A stretch of 64,000 bases of DNA from Deltaproteobacteria bacterium (GTDB lineage Bacteria > Desulfobacterota > Deferrimicrobia > Deferrimicrobiales > Deferrimicrobiaceae). The position numbers and the translations under genes are program-made. The stretch lies in NCBI GenBank assembly GCA_016218975.1, contig JACRCO010000053.1:15523-79522 (forward strand), in the 5' to 3' direction. Positions 18,127-27,747 of the stretch are shown here, one piece after another. Below the pieces are notes generated by a model. It was not told the origin of the DNA. It did not search any database and saw only the letters and a program-made list of their open reading frames with translations. Position 1 is the stretch's first letter. Each line of letters begins with the position of its first letter.

Positions 18127-19395
18127 TCAGTCCTTCGCGTGGCACTTGTTGCAGAACACACGCTGATACGTCGCAAACTGTGTTACCGGCCTGTCATAGT
18201 ATGCCGTCTTCCACTCGGCCATCGTCCGGCCGCGGTGCTGGAGCGGTGCACGGGAACTGGTCATGGCGGGGTTGTCGCTTCCCAGGTAATTCGAAGCGAC
18301 TGTCATGAATTCATAGCCGTTGTCGTAGCGAAGCATTTCCGCCACGCCGGAGGCATGCGCCCTGTGGCAGGACAGGCACATGACCTGGTCGGTGCTTCCC
18401 GGACCCGCTTTGAGGGCGGAGGAGCCGTTGTTTCCGGCAAGAGCCGCAAGGGCCGTGTAATCGCCGCTGTTCGTCGCGAACGGAGCAAGGGACGAGAACG
18501 CGGTCGCCGAGGTTCCGGTCAGGTCGCCGGATTTTACATAGGAGTTGTAGTTGGCTGCAATGGTGCTGCCGAGCGATTCATCGACCGGGTGCACGTAGTT
18601 GCCGCTGGAATGCATGGCGCCGTGGCAGGTCGCGCACCACTGCCCCCAGGTTACGTGCCCGCTGGCCGTGGCGACACCGTATGCTACGCGGACCTGGTTG
18701 TCGGCCTCGGTCTGGTTGTAGGACGACGGGGCCTTGGCGGCGGGAACGCCGTTGAAGGTTATCCCGTCTTTCGTGTATCCCGCGCCGGCCAGGAGCCTGT
18801 ACACGCCGACCGCCTCGGTCGCCGTAGGCTCGTTGCTGGTGCCGTTATAGGAACCGGAAGCCTTTATGGGTGCTCCGGTCTTCGCGATCGTGCCGCTCTG
18901 GAGTCTCCTGTACTGGCCGTGAGGGTCATGGCAGGAATTGCAGGCGAGCTGCGCGGAGGGGAATGTCCCGCCCGGGGCCGCGGCATTGATCGGATCCACT
19001 ACGTATCCGAAGTCGCCCGCGATGATGTTGTGGCCGTGGATCGCGCCATCCTCGGTATTGGTAGTACCCTGATACGTATAGGTGTAGGTCTTCCTCAGCC
19101 AGCCGAAGTCGCCGCCGGGAGTCCGGTTCACGGGCGACACGCCGTCGCCCATGGCGGAGGCGGTGGTGCTGATATGGTAGCTCGACAGCGTGGGCCCGTC
19201 GTGGCAGGTAAGACACGTGGAGCTCTGGTCCCCTCCGACAAGCAGGAAGGACCCGCCAGCCTTGGGGCTGTGCATGCTGTGGCAGCCTTCGCACTCGGCG
19301 ACGCCGCCCGAATGGAACGCGTAAGCCGTGGTGCCCATTCCGACCGCAAAAAGCGCGGCCGATAGAACGATAAGTGTGATCTTTGCCGCTTTCAT
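18127..19395 (-). CDS. omcS: OmcS-family hexaheme c-type cytochrome (nanowire-type)
   Basis: The mature N-terminus AFHSGGVAECEGCHSMHS matches my recollection of G. sulfurreducens OmcS (FHSGGVAECEGCHTMH). Conserved TPGGDFGW, GHNI, CNSCHDPHGQYRR, CLSCHRAHASG, YQRVFCNKCHAKD. Six CxxCH motifs. RBS GGAGGAGAA. Confidence 0.85.
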   Translation of the reverse strand: MKAAKITLIVLSAALFAVGMGTTAYAFHSGGVAECEGCHSMHSPKAGGSFLLVGGDQSSTCLTCHDGPTLSSYHISTTASAMGDGVSPVNRTPGGDFGWLRKTYTYTYQGTTNTEDGAIHGHNIIAGDFGYVVDPINAAAPGGTFPSAQLACNSCHDPHGQYRRLQSGTIAKTGAPIKASGSYNGTSNEPTATEAVGVYRLLAGAGYTKDGITFNGVPAAKAPSSYNQTEADNQVRVAYGVATASGHVTWGQWCATCHGAMHSSGNYVHPVDESLGSTIAANYNSYVKSGDLTGTSATAFSSLAPFATNSGDYTALAALAGNNGSSALKAGPGSTDQVMCLSCHRAHASGVAEMLRYDNGYEFMTVASNYLGSDNPAMTSSRAPLQHRGRTMAEWKTAYYDRPVTQFATYQRVFCNKCHAKD

Positions 19396-19417
19396 TTCTC
19401 CTCCTTCAGTTCTCCGG

Positions 19418-19500
19418 CAGCCCGGCCGTCCTTGCCTAACGCAAGCACCCGTTGGCTTTGTGCCCCCGCCTTGCGACAGGTTTACCTTTTTCGGAGGAGT
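19418..19500 (-). promoter_or_regulatory. GEMM-I (c-di-GMP/cGAMP class) riboswitch candidate in the omcS-like leader
   Basis: Minus-sense GGUAAACC-UGUC[GCAA]GGCGGG-GGCACAAAGCC aligns with the GEMM-I P1 (GNRA tetraloop) and the conserved GGGACGCAAAGCC region. A P2 hairpin GCUUGC-GUUAG-GCAAG follows. The RBS follows directly. Confidence 0.65.
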
Positions 19501-19599
19501 TTTCAGGGTTCATTGCGACTACCGACCCGACATTGCGTAAATCCAGGTTGCCGTTCCCTCCACGATCTTGCCGGCAGCACCTCCTTTCGATAGATGGAA

Positions 19600-20589
19600 T
19601 CATTGCCGTCCCCCTTCCGTTCCGTAGGAAGACAGAGAAAAAACTGAAACCCCCCGGTTTCTCAACTGCGTCACGTACAGCTTTCCCGAATTGCCCACGG
19701 CCACTTCGTTCGGCCGAATCAGGTTCCAGGGTTTCTCTCCCCGGTATCCGAACTCCTGGACGAACCTGAATTCCCTGTCGAACACCATCACGACGCTGCG
19801 AAGCCGCTCGACCACCAGGTAATTGCCTTCGTCGTCGACCGCTATGCCGCTTATGACTCCGAACATTCCGGGAGCGGAACCGGACTTGCCGAAAGAGACG
19901 ATCAGCTTCCCTTCCGGCGACACTACGTACGCCTTGAAATGCACGGCGACCGTGAACAACATGTTCCCCGAACGATCCACGCTGAAACCGAAGATTTCGG
20001 TGGTCAGCCTGTCCTTCTCGGGAACATCGACGATCCGGCCGAAGTCATAACCTTTTTGGAATTTGCCGTTTCGATCGGTGACTATCGCCTGCATCCTGCT
20101 CGTGCTCACCAGGAGCAATTCCCCGCCGCGCATAAACATGCGGTTCGGGCAGAAACCATAAAAATCGCCCGGAAGACCGCCGATCCTGACCGTACCTTTC
20201 AGATCTCCGCGGTAATTGCACTTCGAAATCCAGTAATCGGGACCGTCTGCGGGGTGGCTGAAATCGAAGGAAAGGAGAAGCAGGTCACCCTTTTCATCGA
20301 CGGCGATATCGTAAATCGTGCCGAGCGCCCGATTATCGCCGAACCAGAACACTTCCATGCCGGTTTCGTTGAAAACCTTTACGATTCCGCGGTCAAGGAC
20401 GTATACCTCATCCCTTGCCCGGTCCACGTGAAGCCTTACATCGCTATAAGGAATCTTTCCCGAAAAATTAGAAAGGTTGTAAAGGTACGCGGACTTTACG
20501 TTCGTTGCGAACGCCGGGAAGGAACAAACCAGCAGAAGAAAGAAAGCCGGCAGAATCCTGATCGCTTGTTTTTTGTTGTAACTCCTCAT
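19600..20589 (-). CDS. NHL-repeat protein, secreted
   Basis: Signal peptide MRSYNKKQAIRILPAFFLLLVCSFPAFA. NHL-like repeats (GNYLVVERLRSVVMVFD, GKLYVTQLRNRGVSVF). Confidence 0.8.
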   Translation of the reverse strand: MRSYNKKQAIRILPAFFLLLVCSFPAFATNVKSAYLYNLSNFSGKIPYSDVRLHVDRARDEVYVLDRGIVKVFNETGMEVFWFGDNRALGTIYDIAVDEKGDLLLLSFDFSHPADGPDYWISKCNYRGDLKGTVRIGGLPGDFYGFCPNRMFMRGGELLLVSTSRMQAIVTDRNGKFQKGYDFGRIVDVPEKDRLTTEIFGFSVDRSGNMLFTVAVHFKAYVVSPEGKLIVSFGKSGSAPGMFGVISGIAVDDEGNYLVVERLRSVVMVFDREFRFVQEFGYRGEKPWNLIRPNEVAVGNSGKLYVTQLRNRGVSVFSLSSYGTEGGRQ

Positions 20590-20817
20590 GGCGAATCGTT
20601 ATCAGCAAGCCATATGCCAATCCAAATATAGGCATATTGGCCTTATATAACGACATGTTATGAGTTGCAGATTTCCGAAGGGACCGTTTTACGGGGAAAT
20701 AACGAGTGCAGCTTGGGGTTTTCACCGATGCCGGCTGATTTCAACAAACTGTCATATTTTTGACGCTTTGATATAAATTCCCACTATCGACCTTCCGAAA
20801 TATCCACGGGAGGCGCC

Positions 20818-22086
20818 ATGAAAACAATTTCGGACACCCCCTTATCGGCGGCATTCGTCATGACTGCACTTCTGGTTGCCTTCCCCATTCATCGAGCGGC
20901 AGCGTTCCACGCAGGAGGCGTGGGTGAGTGCTCAGGATGCCACTCCTCCCACAGCGCGGGGGCAAACAATCCCTTCCTTCTCGTTTCGGGCGACCCGAGT
21001 TCCACATGCCTCATGTGCCACATGCAGGCAGGAGAAACAGCCCCGAATGCGCATCACGTGGCAACCGACGAGTCGGACATGCCCTCAGGATCCCCTCCCG
21101 TACAGTTGACCCCCGGCGGAGATTTCGGATGGCTTAAGAAAAATTACAAATGGAATGCGGCCGACGGAGGGCCGGGCGGACAGAGCGCCGGCGAGCGGCA
21201 CGGGCATAACATCGTGGCAGCCGTTTACGGATTCGCGGCGGACACCACGCTGACGGCCGCCCCGGGGGGCGCCTACCCCGCAGCCGGTCTGTCCTGCACA
21301 AGCTGCCATGACCCCCACGGAAGATATCGCCGCCTGGCGGACGGAACCATACAATCCAAGGGATCGCCGGTAGTCGATTCTGGGTCGTACAAAACCAGCC
21401 CGGATCCCACGGAGACGACTGCGGTCGGCGTTTACAGGATGCTCGGCGGCAAGGGATACTCAAGGCCCGGGGCAAGCGAAACGTTCAACTTCGATCCTCC
21501 CGCGGCTGTCGCCCCGCCGGATTACAACCGGTCCGAAAGCGGTTCCGACACGCGGGTCGCCTACGGCGGCGGCATGTCGGAATGGTGCACGAATTGCCAC
21601 GGAGCCTACACCGGGAACCGCAACGCGCCCGGCCACCCGGCTGGAAGCCTCGTCAAGATGACGCCTCGCGCCGTCTCGAATTACAACGCATACGTGTCCT
21701 CCGGAAACGTCACCGGAACTTCTTCGACCGCCTACACGTCCCTCGTGCCGTTCGAAATGGGCACTTCCGATTACGCTCTCCTGAAAAAAGCGGCATCCAC
21801 GGACGGTTCGATGAAAGCGGGGCCGGATACCAACTCCAACGTGATGTGCGTCTCCTGCCACCGGGCGCACGCCTCCGCATGGGACCAGGCGGCCCGCTGG
21901 AACATGAAATCCGAATTCATCCTTTACAACGGAGACTATCCGGGCGCGGACAGGACCGATCTGCCCTTACGCATGTCACAGGGTCGCACGAAGACGGAAA
22001 CCAGGCGCGCTTACCATGAAAGACCGCCGATCGCTTTCGCGAGCTACCAGCGGACACTCTGCAACAAGTGCCACACCATGGATTGA
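20818..22086 (+). CDS. OmcS-family hexaheme c-type cytochrome, paralog
   Basis: AAFHAGGVGECSGCHSSHS, LTPGGDFGWLKK, GHNIVA, CTSCHDPHGRYRR, CVSCHRAHAS, YQRTLCNKCHTMD. RBS GGGAGG. Six CxxCH motifs. Confidence 0.85.
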   Translation: MKTISDTPLSAAFVMTALLVAFPIHRAAAFHAGGVGECSGCHSSHSAGANNPFLLVSGDPSSTCLMCHMQAGETAPNAHHVATDESDMPSGSPPVQLTPGGDFGWLKKNYKWNAADGGPGGQSAGERHGHNIVAAVYGFAADTTLTAAPGGAYPAAGLSCTSCHDPHGRYRRLADGTIQSKGSPVVDSGSYKTSPDPTETTAVGVYRMLGGKGYSRPGASETFNFDPPAAVAPPDYNRSESGSDTRVAYGGGMSEWCTNCHGAYTGNRNAPGHPAGSLVKMTPRAVSNYNAYVSSGNVTGTSSTAYTSLVPFEMGTSDYALLKKAASTDGSMKAGPDTNSNVMCVSCHRAHASAWDQAARWNMKSEFILYNGDYPGADRTDLPLRMSQGRTKTETRRAYHERPPIAFASYQRTLCNKCHTMD

Positions 22087-22263
22087 CCGGGGATTGACCG
22101 ATAGAATTAACATCGCGCATTCACCAATTGTGGGGAAATCCCCCTGCACAAGAGGGTATTTCGCCGAAAAAAACAATGTGATTCTTTCGATCCTGCTCCG
22201 CTCCTACGTTCAACATGCCGAATTATTAAAACAAACTTGCTATTGAAAATCCTTTTCTTTAAT

Positions 22264-22279
22264 AGGCATATAAATTGCT
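22264..22279 (+). promoter_or_regulatory. Sigma-54-like -24/-12 element (AGGCAT-N5-TTGCT)
   Basis: GG at 22265-66 and GC at 22277-78 have canonical spacing. The -12 GC lies ~14 nt upstream of ATG 22292, implying a nearly leaderless transcript. That is unusual. Confidence 0.3.
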
Positions 22280-22291
22280 CTCTTGCGGAGC

Positions 22292-22975
22292 ATGCTCGAA
22301 ACCGCCCTTAAACGGGTCCTCGTCGTCGACGACGACAACCTGATCTGCTGGGCTCTCGATAAGGAGTTCAACGGCTCCGGCCTGACATCGAATTCGGTGG
22401 AAAATATCGCGGATGCCCTCGAAGAATTGAAAAGGGAACACTACGACGTCGTGTTCCTCGACATCCGCCTGCCGGACGGAGACGGAATCGAAATACTGGC
22501 GGAGATCGGCAGGATATCGCCGGAGTCGCGAACCGTCGTCATGAGCGGAAACGCGAGCGAGGGAAACCGGCAAAGGGCGTTCGAACGGGGGGCGGTGAAA
22601 TTCCTCGAAAAACCTTTCGAGATCTCCGAGGCTCACGCCATATTGAGGGACGCATTGGCCGGACGGCTGAAGAAACGGCGGCATGTAAGGAACCCTTGCC
22701 GCGTCCCCTTGCGCATCACGATCGTGAAACCGTCCCCGGAGGAGGAGAGGTACAGCGTCACGAGCATACGGGCGGTTATGGCGGATGTGGGATTCGGAGG
22801 ATTCGGCATTCGGACGAAATATCTCCTGTCAGTCGGGCAATTCGTTCAGGCGCATGTCGACCCGGCGGGAGGGGATAACGTCATGAAGTATTTCACGCCG
22901 CAAACGACGGCCGAAGTGGTGTGGGTCGCGCCGTCCGTCGAAAGCTTAACGGCAGGCCTCAAGTTCGTTTCCTGA
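22292..22975 (+). CDS. Response-regulator receiver domain fused to a C-terminal PilZ domain (c-di-GMP binding)
   Basis: N-terminal KRVLVVDDD...DVVFLDIRLPDGDG receiver. C-terminal RRHVR...DVGFGGFGI matches PilZ RxxxR/DxSxGG. The track starts the ORF at TTG 22283; ATG 22292 is preferred. Confidence 0.7.
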   Translation: MLETALKRVLVVDDDNLICWALDKEFNGSGLTSNSVENIADALEELKREHYDVVFLDIRLPDGDGIEILAEIGRISPESRTVVMSGNASEGNRQRAFERGAVKFLEKPFEISEAHAILRDALAGRLKKRRHVRNPCRVPLRITIVKPSPEEERYSVTSIRAVMADVGFGGFGIRTKYLLSVGQFVQAHVDPAGGDNVMKYFTPQTTAEVVWVAPSVESLTAGLKFVS

Positions 22976-22990
22976 CCCGGACCGCCTGAC

Positions 22991-24375
<1,385 letters not shown>

Positions 24376-24379
<4 letters not shown>

Positions 24380-25830
24380 GTGGCCGTCTCCGCAGCAACG
24401 GCGGCGACGGGAAGCAGGATCCGGAACACCGTGCCGCCTCCCGGGTTGTCTGCGGCAGAAATTTCTCCGCCGTGCTGTTCGATCAGCTGTTTGGAAATGG
24501 CCAGTCCCAATCCAGTGCCCTTGGGCTTTGTCGTGAAGAACGGCTGGAAGATCTTTTCGATGTTTTCCCTCGGGATCCCCTTGCCGGTGTCGGCGAATTC
24601 GATCCGAAGGAAATCCGTTTCCTTTTCATGGGAGGTGCGCACCGAGAGCGTTCCCCCGTTGGGCATTGCATCCACGGCGTTCAGGACGAGGTTCAGGAAG
24701 ATCTGCTGGAGCTGCATGGGATCCGCCATCGTTTCCGGGAGCGGCTGAAGGTCCTTCTCTATACGGACGGCGTTCGGGCGGTCCGGCGCAGACGGGCGGC
24801 TTTTCATGTAAAAGGCAAGGACGGTGTTGACGAGGCTGTTTACGTTCAGATCCGCAAGCTGCGGCTTGGCCGGCTTGGCGAAGTTAAGGAAGTTCCTCAT
24901 CAGGGATTCCACGCGCACGACCTCCTGCGCGACTTTGCGGATGACTTCCCGGTCTTCCGCAGACATGCTCGTTTCCTCGGACAGAACGTGCATGGCCACC
25001 TTGATGCCCGCGAGCGGGTTCTTGATCTCGTGGGCAAGGCCCGCCGCCAGCTCGCCGACGATCACCATCTGCTCGGTCCGCTGCATCTTCAACATCTGTT
25101 CCTTGAGCGATGCCGCCATCTCGTTGAACGATGCAGCCAGCTCTCCGAATTCGTCCTTCAGGGCCTCGACCCGGTGATCCAGGTTTCCGGCTTTCAGCTT
25201 TCTCGTCGAATCGAGCAGCACGTTGACCGGGTTCGTCAGCCCGGACAGGAATATGTAGCCGAGGAACGCCGACATCAACGGGCCGATCCCGACGAGGAAA
25301 TACAGCATATACTTCGTCCGCGCGATGCGGATCATCGCCCTTTGCGTATTCTCCGCAAGCTTCGAGCTCGTGATCGCGATCACGTCCCGGACCTTGCCGA
25401 TCAGGTCCTCTCCGATCTGGAAGGCCGCATCCTCCTCCGCCAGGATCCTTGCGGTGTTCGCGCGAAGCGTCAGCACGCGGCTCAATGCGTCCTTGTAGGT
25501 CTCCGTCTGCTTTTTCAGGTCCTGGAGCCTCTCGGTCGCCTGCTGGTTGTGATGGCAGTCGAAACAGGTATCTACGATCCTTCCCATGCTGACGACGTTC
25601 TGGACGACGGTGTCGAAAGTACGCTTATGCCGCGTGTCCTTGAGGGTCAGGTCCGTTTGGACCCTTTTTACCTGCAGCAGGTAGTGCTCCCTCAGGATTT
25701 CCACCTGGTGGAGCGTTATCAGCCTGTCGAGCTCAGTCGTCGCGGACTGGATGATGTAGATGATGTAGATGCCGCAGAGGAGAAAAAACAGCGTATAGAT
25801 GCCAAGGCCGATGATTATCTTCTTCTTCAT
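24376..25830 (-). CDS. Sensor histidine kinase (TM, periplasmic domain with one CxxCH, TM, HAMP, HisKA, HATPase)
   Basis: TM1 IIIGLGIYTLFFLLCGIYII. Periplasmic loop contains VDTCFDCHHN (about 25552..25566). TM2, HAMP, H-box LAAGLAHEIKNPL, G-boxes DTGKGI / GTGLGLAIS. Overlaps the regulator gene by 4 nt. Confidence 0.85.
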
Positions 25831-25839
25831 AAATGAACG

Positions 25840-26748
25840 TCAGTCGTTGATGTAGTCGTAGGTGGCCAGGTTGAGATGGATTTCACTCGCGTAGTTCACG
25901 ACGGGGGTGTAATCCGCGTTCGTGGTTTCGATGAACCATCGCGCCCCGAACTGCTCCAGGACCGCCTTCCCCTCCGGATCTTCGTGCATTTTCAGAAGCG
26001 CATCCTTCATGCTGCTTCTCAACGCCTTATCGATATCCTTCCGGAGAGCCAGGCCGTTTTCGGGGACGTCGGGAGACTTCGCGAGAATCGTCAGCTCCTT
26101 CAGGATACGCGGGTCCGCCTTCGCGACCCGGTAGTACACCGTATTTTTCGCCGCTCCGACATCGGCTTTCCTGTTCAACACGTCGTATACGGCATCCTCG
26201 TGCGTCCCCGAGAAATACGCTTCCCCAAGGTATTTCTTCCAGTCGTCGATTCCCGCCTCGTGAAAATACCGCTTCGGGAACAGGTAGCCTGCGGTCGTGG
26301 CCTTGTCCACTAAGGCGAACCGCTTTCCCTTCATCTCCCGTCTGGACGCGATGCCGCTGTCCTTCCGCACGAAGATCAACCCGTGGTAGCTCGAGGTGTT
26401 GTCGAGCGCAACCGGCCTGGCCAGCACTTCCACCCCGATTTTGGCGTGGGCGAGCGCATATGTGAAACTCCCGAAGAATGCGCCGTCCAATCCCGCCATC
26501 TTGAAGTTGTCTATGATGTTCCCGTACCTGGGGAGGATCTTAAGCGTGATCCTCGTCCCGGTTTTCGACGAGAGATAGACGGCAAGGGGCTCGTATCGCT
26601 CGATCTGCTTGAAAATGTTCTGTTCCGGAATAAGGCCGATCAGTATGGTCTTTCGCTTGTCCGCGGAAGGCTTGAAAGGCGTATTTTCCTGGCTGCACCC
26701 GGCGAGAAGAAAAAGGAAGAGGCATGCGGCGAGCAGATGTCGGGCCAT
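25840..26748 (-). CDS. PhnD/SsuA-like periplasmic substrate-binding lipoprotein (phosphonate-ABC SBP family)
   Basis: MARHLLAACLFLFLLAGCSQ lipoprotein signal. LIGLIPEQNIFK...LPRYGNIIDNF...GAFFGSFTYA...VDKATTAGYL typical of the PhnD family. Confidence 0.8.
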   Translation of the reverse strand: MARHLLAACLFLFLLAGCSQENTPFKPSADKRKTILIGLIPEQNIFKQIERYEPLAVYLSSKTGTRITLKILPRYGNIIDNFKMAGLDGAFFGSFTYALAHAKIGVEVLARPVALDNTSSYHGLIFVRKDSGIASRREMKGKRFALVDKATTAGYLFPKRYFHEAGIDDWKKYLGEAYFSGTHEDAVYDVLNRKADVGAAKNTVYYRVAKADPRILKELTILAKSPDVPENGLALRKDIDKALRSSMKDALLKMHEDPEGKAVLEQFGARWFIETTNADYTPVVNYASEIHLNLATYDYIND

Positions 26749-26797
26749 CTTTTAGAATACTACCATATATTTCGATTACTTCGCCATAAATCAAGCG

Positions 26798-27706
26798 TCA
26801 GTCATTTATGTAGTCGTAGGTGGCGAGGCTCAGGCCGGCTTCTTTTGCATACCTTGCCACGGACTCGTAATCCTTGTTCGTGGTCTCGACGAATCTCCGC
26901 GCACCGAACTGCTCCAGCACCGACTTTCCCCTGGCGTCGAGGTGCATGTTCAGGAGCGCATCCTTCAAACCGGTTCGGAAGGAATCTTCGATATCCTTCC
27001 GGAGCGCCAGGGAGTTTTCCGGCATGTCGGGGGATGTTTCCAGGATCGACAACTCTCTTTTTATCCGCGGGTCGGATACCGCGACCCGGTTGAACACCGT
27101 GTTCTTCGACGCGCCTATGTCGGCCTTCCTGTTGAGCACATCGAAGATCGCGTCCTCGTGCGTTCCCGTAAAATAACCCTCCTTGAGATATTTTCTCCAA
27201 TCGATTCCCTTCTCATGGAAATATTTCAGGGGGAAAAGATAACCGGCGGTCGTCGCCTTGTCCACGAAAGCGAACCGCTTCCCTTTCATGCCGTCGATCG
27301 TCCTGATCCCGCTGTCCTTCCTTACGAAAATCATCCCGTGGTAGGTGGATGTGTTGTCGTTGTATTCCGGACGCGCAAGGACTTCCACCCCAAGCTTCGC
27401 GTGGGCAAGCGCGTACGTGAAACTCCCGAAAAATGCGCCGTCCAGCCCCGACATCCTGAAATTGTCGATGATGTTCCCGTACCTCGGGAGAATTTTAAGA
27501 GATATATTCATCCCGGTTTTCGCGGAGAGATACGCGGCCACGGGTTCGTATCTCTCCAACTGCTTGAATATGTTCTGCTCCGGTATCAGCCCGATAAGGA
27601 CGGTCTTCCGGTTGACCGCCGGGGATCTTGAAGGAGGATTGTCCTGGCTGCACCCTGCCGCAATAACAACTCCCAGGATAACGATAAAAGCCGATCTCCG
27701 GAACAT
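26798..27706 (-). CDS. PhnD/SsuA-like periplasmic substrate-binding lipoprotein, tandem paralog
   Basis: Same motifs as the 25840..26748 gene (LIGLIPEQNIFKQLERYEP...). Visibly similar at the DNA level. Confidence 0.8.
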   Translation of the reverse strand: MFRRSAFIVILGVVIAAGCSQDNPPSRSPAVNRKTVLIGLIPEQNIFKQLERYEPVAAYLSAKTGMNISLKILPRYGNIIDNFRMSGLDGAFFGSFTYALAHAKLGVEVLARPEYNDNTSTYHGMIFVRKDSGIRTIDGMKGKRFAFVDKATTAGYLFPLKYFHEKGIDWRKYLKEGYFTGTHEDAIFDVLNRKADIGASKNTVFNRVAVSDPRIKRELSILETSPDMPENSLALRKDIEDSFRTGLKDALLNMHLDARGKSVLEQFGARRFVETTNKDYESVARYAKEAGLSLATYDYIND

Positions 27707-27747
27707 TAATGGCCCCCGTTCATCAACATGAGGATATTGAAAGTTGG

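Noticed and set aside
19396-19600. Sigma-54 (-24/-12) promoter upstream of the riboswitch-controlled omcS-like gene
   Set aside because: I checked candidate GG/GC elements in the minus-sense sequence (e.g. TGGATTTACGCAATG, GGCACAAAGCC...TTGCG) and none has correct spacing. No confident promoter call can be made from sequence alone.
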